From an uncultured Pseudomonadota bacterium (GTDB lineage: Bacteria > Pseudomonadota > Alphaproteobacteria > JACZXZ01): a stretch of DNA of 64,000 nucleotides. Made by a program: the position numbers and the translations under genes. The DNA is taken from contig CAVVLJ010000021.1 in assembly GCA_963749075.1 (NCBI GenBank), forward strand, positions 1 through 64,000, in the 5' to 3' direction. Below, in pieces: positions 48,157 through 59,291 of this stretch; the first letter of the stretch is position 1; every line of letters begins with the position of its first letter. Below the pieces are notes generated by a model, which was not told the origin of the DNA, made no database searches, and saw only the letters and a list, made by a program, of their open reading frames with translations.

Positions 48157-48675
48157 CTACCTTCGTCGTTCGTTGGCCGCGCGCTCCTTGGCTTGAGCGG
48201 CGGCGAGCAGTTCGTCCGTCAGGACCAGGCGGGCCTTGACGATCGCATCGAACGGCAGATCGACCGCCCCCTCGGGCAAGGCGATCCGCACCATCCCGCC
48301 GGCCAGCCCCAGGAGCCTGCCGCGGAAGCGCCGGCGGCCCTCGAGCGGCGTTGCGGTCTCGATCTTCGCCTCGTAGCCGGCAAAGCGCTCGAAGTCCTTC
48401 TCCCGCACGAGCGGCCGGTCGATCCCGGGCGAGCTCACCTCGAGCGTGTAGGAGCCCGAGAGCGGATCCTCCACGTCGAGCAGCGCCGACGCCGTCCGGC
48501 TGATCGCCGTACAATCGTCGAGGGTCACCGGCCCGCCCATCGCCCGCTCCACCATGAGCTGGAGGGTGGGGCTGCGGCCGCCCGAGAGCTGCACCCGTAC
48601 GATCTCGTAGCCCATCGCCGCGAGGGAGGGGGCAAGCATGCGCTCGATGCGGCGCGGCAGCTCCGAACCTTCCAC
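48157..48675 (-). CDS. rimP: Ribosome maturation factor RimP
   Basis: LDVEDP..YTLEVSSPGIDRPL motif. GTG start after GGAGAG. Confidence 0.95.
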   Translation of the reverse strand: MEGSELPRRIERMLAPSLAAMGYEIVRVQLSGGRSPTLQLMVERAMGGPVTLDDCTAISRTASALLDVEDPLSGSYTLEVSSPGIDRPLVREKDFERFAGYEAKIETATPLEGRRRFRGRLLGLAGGMVRIALPEGAVDLPFDAIVKARLVLTDELLAAAQAKERAANERRR

Positions 48676-48743
48676 CGACGACTCTCCCGCCCCCCGCCTC
48701 GGGCCTCGCCAGCCGGACCCCATCGCCAACCGAGGCCGCATAA

Positions 48744-48776
48744 AACGAGAGAGTGGGCTTGGGACCCACTCTCGTT
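48744..48776 (-). promoter_or_regulatory. rimP leader hairpin (attenuator-like)
   Basis: GAGAGTGGG-loop-CCCACTCTC followed on the minus strand by TCGTTTT, upstream of rimP-nusA-infB. Matches the widely conserved rimP-leader stem. Confidence 0.7.
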
Positions 48777-48880
48777 CCGGCCTGATACCTGATCAGTCCT
48801 TCCGGGACCACGTCGTATGCGGCAAATATAGCGATAGAACCCGGCGCTTCAAGGCTTTTTTGACCGCCTGCCGGAGCCGC

Positions 48881-49591
48881 TCAGCCGCCCCCGGCCGCCA
48901 GCGGGCGGCGGCGGTGGACGAGATAGGCGCAGCGCCGGCCGGCGGCGAGCGCCTTGGTCTCGTAGCGCGTCGGCGGCCAGCCCTCGGGGCGCTCGTCAAG
49001 GCCTTGCGGGCCGCCCGCGGGACCGGCGAAGCCGCCGTGCGCCGCCAGCGCCTCGCGCATGGCGGCCGCATAGTCCGGGTCGTCGGTGGCGAGGCGCAGC
49101 TCGGCTCCCGCCGCCATGGCGGCCGCCAGGAGATCGAGCGTCGCCCCCTGGACGAGCCGGCGCCGGCGATGGCGCTTCTTCGGCCAGGGATCTGGAAAGA
49201 GTGCGAAGACGCGGCCGAGCGAGTGGGGTGCCAGTCCCCGAAGCAGCAGCCGCGCGTCGTCGGGGAAGATGCGCAAGTTGGCGAGGCCTTCGCGCTCGAT
49301 CGCCGCCAGGAGCTTGACCACGCCATTGACGTAGGGCTCGCAGCCGATGAAGCCGACCTCGCCGTGCGCCTTGGCCTGGGCCGCGAGATGCTCGCCGCCG
49401 CCGAAGCCGATCTCGAGCCACACGCCGGCGATGCCGGGGGCGAAGAGGGTGCGCGGATCGAGGCGCTCGCCCTCCGGCGGCAGGGCCACGGCGAGGCCCG
49501 GAAGCGCCCTCCGCAGGAGGGCCTCCTGCAGCGGGCGGAGCGCCTTGCCTTTGCGGCGGCCGTAGAGACGGAGCGGGAAGGGGCCGCGCAC
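48881..49591 (-). CDS. trmB: tRNA (guanine-N7)-methyltransferase
   Basis: YGRRKG, LEIGFGGGEH, GCEPY, FPDPWPKKRH and TRYE motifs. Start uncertain. Confidence 0.93.
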   Translation of the reverse strand: MRGPFPLRLYGRRKGKALRPLQEALLRRALPGLAVALPPEGERLDPRTLFAPGIAGVWLEIGFGGGEHLAAQAKAHGEVGFIGCEPYVNGVVKLLAAIEREGLANLRIFPDDARLLLRGLAPHSLGRVFALFPDPWPKKRHRRRRLVQGATLDLLAAAMAAGAELRLATDDPDYAAAMREALAAHGGFAGPAGGPQGLDERPEGWPPTRYETKALAAGRRCAYLVHRRRPLAAGGG

Positions 49592-49613
49592 GGCTTGCGG
49601 CCGTGCTGCGGCG

Positions 49614-50795
49614 TCAGGCGCCGTTCGAGCCGAAGATGCGCTTGAGCTCGGGCGCCAGATCGGTCTTCTCCCAGGAGAAGCCGCCATCCGGGTCGGGCGC
49701 CCGGCCGAAGTGGCCATAGGCGGAGGTGCGCGCGTAGATCGGCTTGTTGAGCTTGAGGTGCTCGCGGATGCCGCGCGGCGAGAGGTTCACCATCTCGCAC
49801 AGCACGTGCACCAGCTTGGTCTCGTCGACGCGCCCGGTGCTGTTGGTGTTGATGTAGACCGAGAGCGGCTTCGGCACGCCGATGGCGTAGGAGAGCTGGA
49901 TGGTGCATTCGTCGGCGAGGCCGGCGGCGACGACGTTCTTCGCGAGATAGCGCGCGGCGTAGGCGGCCGAGCGGTCGACCTTGGTGGGGTCCTTGCCCGA
50001 GAAGGCGCCGCCGCCGTGGGGCGCCTTGCCGCCGTAGGTGTCGACGATGATCTTGCGCCCGGTGACGCCGGCGTCGCCGTCGGGACCGCCGATGACGAAG
50101 CGTCCGGTGGGGTTCACGTAGAAATCGCTCTCCGGGCACATCCAGCCCTCGGGCAGCACGTTGAGCACGTGCGGGCGCACGATCTCGCGCACCTGATCCT
50201 GGTCGACCTCGGCGGCGTGCTGGGTGGAGACCACGATCGAGGCGGCGCCGACCGGCTTGCCGTCCACGTAGCGCAGCGTCACCTGGCTCTTGGCGTCGGG
50301 ACCGAGCGCCGGCTCGGCGCCCGAATGGCGCGCCTCCTTGAGCGAGAGCAGGATGGCGTGGGCGTAATAGATCGGCGCCGGCATCAGCGCCTCGGTCTCG
50401 CGGCAGGCGAAGCCGAACATGATGCCCTGGTCGCCGGCACCCTCGTCCTTGTTGTCCTTGGCATCGACCCCCTGGGCGATGTCGCTCGACTGGGCGTGGA
50501 CGCGCACCAGCACCTCGGCCTTCTGCCAGTGGAAGCCGGCCTGCTCGTAGCCGATCTCCTTGATGCAGCGGCGCGCGATCTCCTCGAGCGACTGCTTGGT
50601 GATGCTCGCGGGCCCGCGCACCTCGCCCGCCAGCACCACGAAATTGGTGGTGACGAGGGTCTCGCAAGCGACGCGCGAATAGGGATCGGCGGTGAGGAAG
50701 GTATCGACCACGGCATCCGAGATGCGGTCGCACACCTTGTCCGGATGGCCCTCGGACACGGATTCGCTGGTGAAGAGATAATCGCGGAGCGCCAC
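49614..50795 (-). CDS. metK: S-adenosylmethionine synthetase
   Basis: [19 protein letters not shown] and GGGAFSGKD motifs. Confidence 0.98.
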   Translation of the reverse strand: MALRDYLFTSESVSEGHPDKVCDRISDAVVDTFLTADPYSRVACETLVTTNFVVLAGEVRGPASITKQSLEEIARRCIKEIGYEQAGFHWQKAEVLVRVHAQSSDIAQGVDAKDNKDEGAGDQGIMFGFACRETEALMPAPIYYAHAILLSLKEARHSGAEPALGPDAKSQVTLRYVDGKPVGAASIVVSTQHAAEVDQDQVREIVRPHVLNVLPEGWMCPESDFYVNPTGRFVIGGPDGDAGVTGRKIIVDTYGGKAPHGGGAFSGKDPTKVDRSAAYAARYLAKNVVAAGLADECTIQLSYAIGVPKPLSVYINTNSTGRVDETKLVHVLCEMVNLSPRGIREHLKLNKPIYARTSAYGHFGRAPDPDGGFSWEKTDLAPELKRIFGSNGA

Positions 50796-50994
50796 GGGTC
50801 ACCCCCCTTTTGCGGGCAACATCGAGAAGCAGGCCGGCCCGGCGCCGTGCACAGCAACCCCCGCCGCGGCCTGAAGCGCGGTCATGTGGCAGCCTCCGCG
50901 GGAGCGTGTCAAGGACTACGGAAGGACGGGCGCGCCCGCGGCCGCGGGGGCGGGCCCGCCTCGCCGCAGGGCGGGCCGCCGCCTCCCGGCGCGC

Positions 50995-51438
50995 TTACGC
51001 CGTGTCGCCCGCGCGCGCGAGCGCCTTGGTCAGCTCGAACACCTTCTTGCGCACGCCCGCATCGGTGATGCGGTAGTAGGCGCGCACGAGCTCGAGCGTC
51101 TCGCGCTTCGCCATCGGATCGAGCGCGAGCTGCTCGCCGTCCTCCGCCGCGTGCGTCCGGCTCGCGCGCAGCGCGGCCTCGCTCGGCATGTCATCGAAGA
51201 AGAAGGACACCGGCACATCGAGGACCCGGCTCAACTCGAAGAGCCGGCTGGCGCCGATGCGGTTGGCGCCGCGTTCGTACTTCTGAACCTGCTGGAAGGT
51301 GAGGCTGATCGCCTCGCCAAGCTTCTCCTGGCTCATGCCGAGCATGGTCCGGCGCAGCCGCACGCGGCTGCCGACGTGAACATCGACGGGGTTGGGCTTT
51401 CCGGTCTTGATACGGGTTGCGCGTAAGCGGGGTGCCAT
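50995..51438 (-). CDS. XRE-family HTH regulator (PraR/PhrR-like)
   Basis: NPVDVHVGSRVR..SQEKLG..TFQQVQKYERGANR. Conserved position between lnt and metK. Confidence 0.9.
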   Translation of the reverse strand: MAPRLRATRIKTGKPNPVDVHVGSRVRLRRTMLGMSQEKLGEAISLTFQQVQKYERGANRIGASRLFELSRVLDVPVSFFFDDMPSEAALRASRTHAAEDGEQLALDPMAKRETLELVRAYYRITDAGVRKKVFELTKALARAGDTA

Positions 51439-51523
51439 GTCAAACCATCATAAGTTGTTTGTGTGAGTAATATTTCAGGTGTGAAAAACATATTCACAAT
51501 TCTGTGAATGGTCAAACGCAAAA

Positions 51524-53158
51524 TTACACAAAATTGCAAGCACCCGCCCTTTTTTGCTCAACCGGCCCCGCCCTCGGCGAGAGGGGCCAGGCGAGGAGAA
51601 GCGTCAGCGCAAGGAGTGCGGCCAAGCCGCGCTCGCCGAAGCGCGCGAAGAAGGTGGGCGCCGGCAGCGGCTCCGGCAGCGGCGCATCGACGATGCCCTC
51701 CTTGCCCAGCCCGAGCCGCGCGACGACGCGGCCATAGGGATCGACCACGCCCGAGATGCCGGTATTCGCCACGCGCACGAGCGGCAGCCCCTCCTCGACC
51801 GCCCGCACGCGCGCGCTCTCGAAGTGCTGGTAGGGGCCGGAGCTGCGGCCGAACCAGGCGTCGTTGGTCACGTTGAGGAGCCAGCGCGGCCGCGGGTCGG
51901 CGGCGGCAACCTCGCCGGGGAAGATCGCCTCGTAACAGATGAGCGGGCTCACGGGCGGCAGGTGCGGCAGCACGAGCGTGCGCGGGCCCGGCCCGGCCGC
52001 GAAATCGCCGCGGCCCGGCGTCAGCTTGTCGATGGGGAGGATGCCCCGGAGCGGCACATATTCGCCGAAGGGGACGAGATGGAACTTGTCGTAGCTCGCG
52101 ACGATGCGCCCGCCGCCGTCGAGCGCCTCGAGGCTGTTGTAGTCGCGGTAGCTGCCGTCGCTTGCCGCGGCGCGGCGCAGCGTGCCGGTGAGGAGAAGGC
52201 CGCCCGGCGGCACGATGCGCGCGAGCTCGTCCTTCACCTCCGGCTCGTCCGCGAGGAAGAACGGCACCGCCGCCTCGGGCCAGATGATGGCGCTCAGCGG
52301 CCGTGCCGGCGGGCGCGTGGAGAGCCGCACCGTGGCGACGAGGTTGTCGCGCACGCGCGCCGCGTCCCATTTGTCGAGCTGCGCCACGTTGGGCTGCACG
52401 AGGCGCAAGGTGACGCCCGGCACCATGGCGCTCGTGGCACCGGCAAGGCGCAACGCACCGCCGCCCCAGAGCAGGCCCGCGAGAACGAGCGCGGCTGCAA
52501 GCGGCACGAGCGGCCGCCGAGCGGCCGCCTTGCCGCACGCCGCGGCCGGCAGTGCGGCGATCGCGACGGTCACCAGGCTCAGGCCGTAGATGCCGACGGC
52601 GGACGCCAGCTGGATCGGGGCATCCGCGAGCGTCCAGGCATAGCCGACGAGGTTCCACGGGAAGCCGGTGAAGAGCTGGCCGCGCAGCCATTCGAAGGCG
52701 GTCCACAGCGCCGCAAGGGCAAGCGCGCGGCCCATACCCTTGGCGCGCGAGAGGTGGAGCAGCAGGAGGGCAAGCGCCGAATAGACCGCAAAGCCGGCCG
52801 AGAGACCGCCCGTCGCGAAGGGAATCATCCAGCCGAAGCGGGCGAGATCGACGGTCATGGAGATGCCGATCCAATAGAGGCCGGCGAGGAAGAAGCCGAA
52901 ACCGAACCACCAGCCGAGTGCCAGTGCCTGGCGCATCCGCCGGTTGCCGTCCGCGAGCCAGAGCAGCCCCGTGAAGGACACGACGAGAAGCGGCGCGAGA
53001 TAGAAGGGCGGCAGTGCGAGTGCCGCCGAGACGCCGAGTGCGGTTGCGAGCGCGTAGCGCCGCCAGCCCGTCAGCGCCGCGAGACGCTCCGCGAGCGCCG
53101 CGAGTGCAGCGAGCGCCCCCGCGGCGGCGGGCGCCGGTGCCAGGCGCGCCGCGGTCAT
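51524..53158 (-). CDS. lnt: Apolipoprotein N-acyltransferase
   Basis: TGFPWN, WPEAA, KFHLVPFGEY, ICYE and TNDAWF motifs. Confidence 0.96.
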   Translation of the reverse strand: MTAARLAPAPAAAGALAALAALAERLAALTGWRRYALATALGVSAALALPPFYLAPLLVVSFTGLLWLADGNRRMRQALALGWWFGFGFFLAGLYWIGISMTVDLARFGWMIPFATGGLSAGFAVYSALALLLLHLSRAKGMGRALALAALWTAFEWLRGQLFTGFPWNLVGYAWTLADAPIQLASAVGIYGLSLVTVAIAALPAAACGKAAARRPLVPLAAALVLAGLLWGGGALRLAGATSAMVPGVTLRLVQPNVAQLDKWDAARVRDNLVATVRLSTRPPARPLSAIIWPEAAVPFFLADEPEVKDELARIVPPGGLLLTGTLRRAAASDGSYRDYNSLEALDGGGRIVASYDKFHLVPFGEYVPLRGILPIDKLTPGRGDFAAGPGPRTLVLPHLPPVSPLICYEAIFPGEVAAADPRPRWLLNVTNDAWFGRSSGPYQHFESARVRAVEEGLPLVRVANTGISGVVDPYGRVVARLGLGKEGIVDAPLPEPLPAPTFFARFGERGLAALLALTLLLAWPLSPRAGPVEQKRAGACNFV

Positions 53159-54045
53159 GGCGCCGGCACCGCCGGGCGCGGCACGTTGCGCACCCGCAGG
53201 CGCTTGATGCGCCGCGGATCGGCATCGATCACCTCGAACTCCAGGCCCGAGGGGTGCGCGATCACCTCGCCGCGCGCGGGGATGCGGCCGGCGAGTGCAA
53301 AGACGAGGCCGCCCAGGGTGTCGATGTCCTCGCGCTCCTCGTCGCGCAGGAGCGGCCCGACCCGCGCCTCGAGCTCCTCGACCGGCACGCGCGCATCGGC
53401 GACGAGCACGCCGCCCGGGCCCTCGACGATGGCGGGGCGCGCCTCGTCGTCGTGCTCGTCCTCGATCTCGCCCACGATCTCCTCGACGAGATCCTCGATG
53501 GTGACGAGGCCGTCGATGCCGCCGAACTCGTCGACGACGAGGACGAGATGGCGGCGCGTGGCGCGCATCTTGAGCAGGAGATCGAGCACGCGCATGGAGG
53601 GGGCTATGAAGAGCACGGGACGCAGGATTTTCGCCACCTGGAATTCGTTCGGCCGGCCCCACCAGGCGAGCACGTCCTTGATGTGCACCATGCCGATCAC
53701 GTCGTCGAGCGACTCGCGATAGACCGGGGTGCGCGAGTGCGCCTCGTTGCTCATGACGCGCACGAGCTCGTCGAGCGAGAGGCTGTGCTCGACCGCGACG
53801 ATGTCCGCGCGCGGCACCATGACGTCGGCGGCCGTGAGCTCGTGCAGCTTGAGGATGTTGGTGAGGAGCGCGCGCTCCTGGGGATCGATCTCCGCGGCCG
53901 CCGCGTCGGTCTCCTCGATGAGCTCGCCGAGCGCCTCGCGCAAGGTGGCCTCGCCGTTGCGCGTCCAGCGCAGTCCCTTGAGCCAGTTGCGCAGGATGCC
54001 GATGATCGAGGTCCGGCCGCCGCCCGGAGACGGGGGATCAGCCAT
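53155..54045 (-). CDS. corC: CorC/HlyC CBS-domain protein
   Basis: DVMVPRADI, HSRTPVY and VDEFGGIDGLVTIEDLVEEIVGEIEDEHD motifs. Confidence 0.9.
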   Translation of the reverse strand: MADPPSPGGGRTSIIGILRNWLKGLRWTRNGEATLREALGELIEETDAAAAEIDPQERALLTNILKLHELTAADVMVPRADIVAVEHSLSLDELVRVMSNEAHSRTPVYRESLDDVIGMVHIKDVLAWWGRPNEFQVAKILRPVLFIAPSMRVLDLLLKMRATRRHLVLVVDEFGGIDGLVTIEDLVEEIVGEIEDEHDDEARPAIVEGPGGVLVADARVPVEELEARVGPLLRDEEREDIDTLGGLVFALAGRIPARGEVIAHPSGLEFEVIDADPRRIKRLRVRNVPRPAVPAP

Positions 54046-54562
54046 GACGACGGCGCTCCGCGGCGTAGGGATCGGGAATGCCGAGGCCGGCCAGCGCCGC
54101 GCGCTCGAGGCGCTCCATGCGGAGTGCCTCGGCCGGGCGCGCGTGATCGTAGCCGAGCAGATGCAGCGTGCCGTGCACGACGAGGTGGGCGAGATGATGG
54201 GCGAGCGGCTTGCCCAGGGCCGCGGCCTCGCTGCGGCTGGTCTCCCAGGCGACGATCACGTCGCCGAGCAGCCGAGGCGCTCCGCCGCGCTCAGCCGCGC
54301 GCTCCCCGGGTGCCGACGCCGGGAAGGCGAGCACGTTGGTGGGCGCGTCCTTGCGGCGGTAGTCGCGGTTGAGCCGCCGGGCGAGCGCGTCGTCCGCCAG
54401 CACCAGGCTGAGCTCGCCCGCCCGCGGGACGGTACCGCCCGCGCGCCGCACCGCCGCGAGTGCCGCCTCGGCCGCCGCGCGCGCGAGCGCTTTCGCCCCC
54501 GCCGGTGCGCGGCGCCAGGCGGCACAGGATACCGAGACCGCGATCGCCACCCGCGCCGCCAT
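54038..54562 (-). CDS. ybeY: Endoribonuclease YbeY
   Basis: LNRDYRRKDAPTNVL and HGTLHLLGYDH motifs. Confidence 0.95.
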   Translation of the reverse strand: MAARVAIAVSVSCAAWRRAPAGAKALARAAAEAALAAVRRAGGTVPRAGELSLVLADDALARRLNRDYRRKDAPTNVLAFPASAPGERAAERGGAPRLLGDVIVAWETSRSEAAALGKPLAHHLAHLVVHGTLHLLGYDHARPAEALRMERLERAALAGLGIPDPYAAERRRHG

Positions 54563-54564
54563 GC

Positions 54565-55572
54565 TCAGCCGGCTCCGCCCTTTTTCTTGGCCGCCTGCCG
54601 CGTCTCGAGAAGACGCCGGTCCTTGGCGTCATAGGCGCGCACCACGCGCGTGACGAGGGGGTGGCGCACCACGTCCTTGTCGGTGAAGCGGATGAAAGTG
54701 ATGCCGCCGACGTTCTCGAGCACGTCGATGGCATCGGCCAGGCCCGAGCGCGCGCCGAGCGGCAGATCGATCTGGGTCAAGTCGCCGGTGACGGCCATGC
54801 GCGAGTTCTCGCCGAGGCGCGTGAGGAACATCTTCATCTGCACCGGCGTGGTGTTCTGTGCCTCGTCGAGGATGATGAAGGCGTTGGACAGCGTGCGGCC
54901 GCGCATGAAGGCAAGGGGTGCGATCTCGATCTCGCCGTTGCCGAGGCGCTTGGCGACCTGATCCGCCGGCAGCATGTCGTAGAGCGCGTCGTAGAGCGGA
55001 CGGAGATAGGGATCGACCTTGTCGCGCACGTCGCCGGGGAGGAAGCCGAGACGCTCGCCCGCCTCGACGGCGGGCCGCGACAGGATGAGGCGGTCGACCT
55101 GCCCGCTCGAGAGCATGGCCACCGCGGTGGCGACCGCGAGATAGGTCTTGCCCGTGCCCGCCGGGCCGATGCCGAAGACGAGCTCGAAATCGTAGAGCGC
55201 CTTGAGATAGTCGCCCTGGACGGGCGAGCGCGCGGCAATCACGCGGCGGCGCGTCACCACCTCGATCTCGCCCTCGGCGCCGCCGCCGCGCGCCGCCTGC
55301 CTCATCGCCGCATCGACCTCGTGCATGCCCACATCCTTGCCGCCCTTGAGGCGGTGGTAGAGGGCGGTGATGGCATCGCGCGCGGTCGCCGCCTCATGGG
55401 CGGGACCCGAGATCGCCAGCTGATTGCCGCGCTGGGACAGCTCGACGCCGAGCTGCTGCTCGATGCGCGCAAGGTGCTGATCATGCTCTCCATAGAGCCG
55501 CGCCAGCAGCCGATTGTCCTCGAACTGCAGGCGGATCGGGGTGCCGTTGCCCTCTCTCGTGCCCGTGCTCAC
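54565..55572 (-). CDS. PhoH-like ATPase (YbeZ)
   Basis: [29 protein letters not shown] and DEAQN motifs. Confidence 0.95.
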   Translation of the reverse strand: MSTGTREGNGTPIRLQFEDNRLLARLYGEHDQHLARIEQQLGVELSQRGNQLAISGPAHEAATARDAITALYHRLKGGKDVGMHEVDAAMRQAARGGGAEGEIEVVTRRRVIAARSPVQGDYLKALYDFELVFGIGPAGTGKTYLAVATAVAMLSSGQVDRLILSRPAVEAGERLGFLPGDVRDKVDPYLRPLYDALYDMLPADQVAKRLGNGEIEIAPLAFMRGRTLSNAFIILDEAQNTTPVQMKMFLTRLGENSRMAVTGDLTQIDLPLGARSGLADAIDVLENVGGITFIRFTDKDVVRHPLVTRVVRAYDAKDRRLLETRQAAKKKGGAG

Positions 55573-56972
55573 GCGTGAACCCTATCCTCCCCGCTTGGTT
55601 GACCGCGCTGCCGCTCAAGGTGCGGCGTCTCGGCGAGCCTGCCCGAGAGGCTCACCGCGTGGACGCCGGAGATCTCGACCTCGACGATGGCGCCGAGCCG
55701 TTCCTCGCCGGCCGCCACGTTCACCACCTGCATATATGGGCTGCGCCCGGCGAGCTGGCCCGGGCGCCGGCCGCGGCGCTCGAGCAGCACTGCAAGGTGC
55801 CGGCCGAGCAGGCGGGCGTTGAACGCGCGCTGCTGCGCCGCGATGAGCGCCTGGAGCCGCGCGAGGCGCTCGGCCTTCGCCTCCTCCGCGACCTGCCCGG
55901 CCATGCTTGCCGCCGGCGTGCCGGGCCGCGCGCTATATTGGAAGCAATAGGCCTGGGCGAAGCCGATCCCGCGCACCAGCGCCAAGGTTGCCGCGAAGTC
56001 CGCCTCGCACTCGCCGGGAAAGCCGACGATGAAGTCGGAGGAGAGGGCTAAGTCCGGCCGCACCTTGCGCAGGCGCTCGACGAGGCGGCGGTAATCGTCG
56101 CTGCCGTGGCCGCGGTTCATGGCGGCAAGGATGCGGTCCGAGCCCGACTGCACCGGAAGATGCACGGACGGCATCAGCTTGTCGACCTCGCCGTGGGCGG
56201 CCACGAGCTCGTCGTCCATCTGAAGCGGGTGCGAGGTGGTGTAGCGGATGCGGGCGAGACCGTCGATCGCGGCAAGCTGCCGGATGAGGCGGCCCAGGCT
56301 CCAGCTGCCGGCGTGCGCGGGCGGTCTGCCGTGATAGGCGTTGACGTTCTGGCCGAGGAGCGTGAGCTCGCGTGCACCCGCGGCCACGAGCTGCCGCGCC
56401 TCCGCCTCGATCTCGGCCGCGGGCCGCGAGTACTCGGCGCCGCGCGTGTAGGGCACCACGCAGAAGGTGCAGAAGCGGTCGCAGCCCTCCTGGATGGTGA
56501 GGAAGGCGGCGGGGCCTTGCGCGCGCCGCGCCTCGGGCAGCTCGTCGAACTTGCGCTCGACCGCAAAGGAGGTATCGAGCACTCTCTCGGCACCTGCCGC
56601 ACGGGCCACCATCTCGGGCAGGCGGTGGTAGGCCTGGGGGCCGAAGACCAAGTCGAGCGCCGGCTGGCGGCGCAGCATCTCCGCACCCTCGGCCTGGGCC
56701 ACGCAGCCGGCGACCGCGAGGATCAGGCGGCAGCCTTGCGCCTGGCGCGCCTCCTTGAGGCGGCGCAGGCGTCCGAGCTCGGAATAGACCTTCTCCGCCG
56801 CCTTCTCGCGGATGTGGCAGGTGTTGAGGATGACGAGGTCGGCCTCCTCGGCGGAGGCTGCGGCGGCGTAGCCGAGCGGCGCCAGCGCCTCCGCCATGCG
56901 GGCGGAGTCGTAGAGGTTCATCTGGCAGCCGTAGGTCTTGATGAAGAGCCTTCGCGTGGCAGCCGCACTCAT
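55569..56972 (-). CDS. miaB: tRNA methylthiotransferase MiaB
   Basis: [16 protein letters not shown] and CDRFCTFC motifs, with a TRAM domain. Confidence 0.96.
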   Translation of the reverse strand: MSAAATRRLFIKTYGCQMNLYDSARMAEALAPLGYAAAASAEEADLVILNTCHIREKAAEKVYSELGRLRRLKEARQAQGCRLILAVAGCVAQAEGAEMLRRQPALDLVFGPQAYHRLPEMVARAAGAERVLDTSFAVERKFDELPEARRAQGPAAFLTIQEGCDRFCTFCVVPYTRGAEYSRPAAEIEAEARQLVAAGARELTLLGQNVNAYHGRPPAHAGSWSLGRLIRQLAAIDGLARIRYTTSHPLQMDDELVAAHGEVDKLMPSVHLPVQSGSDRILAAMNRGHGSDDYRRLVERLRKVRPDLALSSDFIVGFPGECEADFAATLALVRGIGFAQAYCFQYSARPGTPAASMAGQVAEEAKAERLARLQALIAAQQRAFNARLLGRHLAVLLERRGRRPGQLAGRSPYMQVVNVAAGEERLGAIVEVEISGVHAVSLSGRLAETPHLERQRGQPSGEDRVHA

Positions 56973-57790
56973 TGCGCCGCCTCCAGCGCCGCCTCGTCCG
57001 TCTCCTCGGCAGTACCCCGCCCGGCGAGCGCGCGCGCCACCCCGGCGGCGACGTGGCGGAAGCAGTAGTCGGCCAGCGTCTTGCGCGAGGCGAAGGCCTC
57101 GTGCGGGGCAGGGGGGTGGAACTCCACCACCACCGTGGCGTTGCCGAGGGCCGCGACCTTCCAAAGATGGGGTGCCATCTCCATGTCGCCGTACCAGGCA
57201 TAGAAGGGGCGCAGAAAGCGGCCGAGCGGCGTGCCGTCGAGCGCCACATAGGCGATCGAGACGGGCTGCACGATGAGGCGCGTGCCCTCGATCTCCTCTT
57301 GCGCCACGGCGAAGAGGGCGCTCTTGAAGGGCAGCACGCGGTTGCCGTCGTTGCTCGTCCCTTCGGGAAAAAGCACGAGCTGGTCGCCGGCGGCGAGGCG
57401 CCGCGTGATCTCGTCGCGCTGGGCCGCGGCCTGGCGGCGCTCGCGCACCACGAAGATGGTGCGCTGCAGCTTGGCGAGGAGCCCGAAGAAGGGCCAATTC
57501 GCCACCTCGTGCTTGGCGATGAAGGAGCCCTCGATGAGCGAGGCGAGCACCATGATGTCGAGATAGGAGGTGTGGTTGCTCACGAACAGCACCGGCCGGC
57601 GATGCGCCTGCTTGCCGCGCACCTCGACGGTCATGCCGAAGATGCGGCAACAGGTGCGATGATAGAAGAGCGGAATGCGCTCGCTGGCGCGCGGTCCCAG
57701 GATGAGTGCCACGACCTGCGCCGGGATCAGCGAGAGAGTCAAGCCGATGTAGAGCAGCAGCCGGACGAGCGCGCGGAGCGGCGAGCCCAT
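56969..57790 (-). CDS. PlsC-family acyltransferase (OlsA-like)
   Basis: NHTSYLD and FPEGTS motifs. Directly downstream of olsB. Confidence 0.88.
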   Translation of the reverse strand: MGSPLRALVRLLLYIGLTLSLIPAQVVALILGPRASERIPLFYHRTCCRIFGMTVEVRGKQAHRRPVLFVSNHTSYLDIMVLASLIEGSFIAKHEVANWPFFGLLAKLQRTIFVVRERRQAAAQRDEITRRLAAGDQLVLFPEGTSNDGNRVLPFKSALFAVAQEEIEGTRLIVQPVSIAYVALDGTPLGRFLRPFYAWYGDMEMAPHLWKVAALGNATVVVEFHPPAPHEAFASRKTLADYCFRHVAAGVARALAGRGTAEETDEAALEAAQ

Positions 57791-57794
57791 GGGA

Positions 57795-58637
57795 TTAATC
57801 CAGAGCCCCCCCGCTCTTGGCGACCCGCTCCATCGAGAAATGCTCGCGGTATTTCTCCGTCACCCAGCCGGTCTTGACGAGGATCAGCACGTCCGTCGTG
57901 TTGAACTGGTCGTCGATCACGGCGCCGTCGCCGACGAAGCCGCCGAGGCGCAGGTAGCCCTTGATGAGCGGCGGCAGCTCGGCGAGCGTGCGGCGCGGAT
58001 TGATCGTGGCGGGATCGAGCTGGCACATCTCGACGAAGCGGTCCGGAAGCGCGCGCGCGCGCAAGCCCGGCGGGGCGAGATGGTAGTGATAGAGATAGGT
58101 CAGCACGGCGGCATGCGCGCTCGCATCCGTGCCCGGCAGGCTGGCGCAGCCGAACATCAGCGCCACATCGTACGTCCAGACGTAATCGGCGATGCCCTTC
58201 CACAGGAGCTGCATGGTGCCGCGCGTGCGGTAGTCGGCGGCAACGCACGAGCGGCCGAGCTCGAGGATCTCGCCGGGATAGTCCTTGAGCTGGCCGATGT
58301 CGTACTCGCTCTCGCTGTAGAAGCCGCCCGAAGCGGCCGCCGCGGCGCGGCGGATGAGGCGGTAGGTCCCCACCACGCGCTCGCGGGCTTGGCACTTGTC
58401 GTTGTCGACCACGAGCAGATGATCGCAGGCCTCGTCGAAGCGGTCGAAGTCGAGCTTGCGGCGCGCGATCTCGGCGCTGGGCCTCGCCGACATCTCCTCG
58501 TAGAACACGCGATAGCGCAGCGCCATCGCCGCCTCGATCTCCTCGCGGTCCTGGGCGAGCCGGACCTCGAGGTTGCTCACCCGCGTCGCCGAGTCCGGTG
58601 CGGTGCGCAATTTCCTGAGCGGTGTCACCTTGCTCAC
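57795..58637 (-). CDS. olsB: Ornithine N-acyltransferase (lyso-ornithine lipid synthase)
   Basis: LRYRVFYEEM, DFDRFDEACDHLLV, VGTYRL, LELGRSCV, FGCAS and LPPLIKGYLRLG motifs. Confidence 0.88.
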   Translation of the reverse strand: MSKVTPLRKLRTAPDSATRVSNLEVRLAQDREEIEAAMALRYRVFYEEMSARPSAEIARRKLDFDRFDEACDHLLVVDNDKCQARERVVGTYRLIRRAAAAASGGFYSESEYDIGQLKDYPGEILELGRSCVAADYRTRGTMQLLWKGIADYVWTYDVALMFGCASLPGTDASAHAAVLTYLYHYHLAPPGLRARALPDRFVEMCQLDPATINPRRTLAELPPLIKGYLRLGGFVGDGAVIDDQFNTTDVLILVKTGWVTEKYREHFSMERVAKSGGALD

Positions 58638-58698
58638 GGTTGCGTCCTCCTTCTCTCGGGCGCGCGGGCGCGCTCCGGCGCCGCCAGCCGCATGTCGG

Positions 58699-59127
58699 TC
58701 ACTTCCTCGGCTTTCCCTGCGGGCCGAGCGGCACGCCGTAGAGCTCGAGGCGATGGTCGACCAGCTCGAAGCCGAGCTCGGTGGCGACTTCGCGTTGGAG
58801 CTGCTCGATTCTGTCGTTGGAGAACTCGATGACGCGGCCCGACTGGATGTCGATCAGATGATCGTGATGGGATTCCGGAATCTCCTCGTAGCGCGCGCGG
58901 CCGTCGCCGAAGTCGTGGCGCTCGAGAATGTTCGCCTCCTCGAAGAGCCGCACCGTGCGGTACACCGTCGAGATGCTGATGTGGGGGTCGATCTGCGTGG
59001 CGCGGCGGTAGACCTGCTCGACGTCGGGATGATCATGCGCATCCGACAGCACGCGGGCGATCACCCGGCGCTGGTCGGTCATCTTCAATCCCTTGTCCTG
59101 GCAAAGCTTCTCCAGCCGCGACGGCAT
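58699..59127 (-). CDS. fur: Fur/Mur family regulator
   Basis: MTDQRRVIA, DHPDVE, STVYRT and HHDHLID motifs. Confidence 0.92.
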   Translation of the reverse strand: MPSRLEKLCQDKGLKMTDQRRVIARVLSDAHDHPDVEQVYRRATQIDPHISISTVYRTVRLFEEANILERHDFGDGRARYEEIPESHHDHLIDIQSGRVIEFSNDRIEQLQREVATELGFELVDHRLELYGVPLGPQGKPRK

Positions 59128-59291
59128 GTCCCCATCTGCTCGTGTGGAATTGCTGCGGGCGAGTATAGCGGAAAAGCCCAGGGCCGCCTATCGCGTTCGC
59201 CGGCCCGGCCGCGGCGCCGGCACCCGCATGCCGGCCGCCGCGGGCGCTCGTGGCCGCTTCGGTCCCGCGGCCGGCCGAGCCGTCCCCGGCC

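Noticed and set aside
50796-50994. SAM riboswitch upstream of metK
   Set aside because: I could not recognise SAM-II or SAM-SAH consensus elements by eye. An Rfam scan would settle it.
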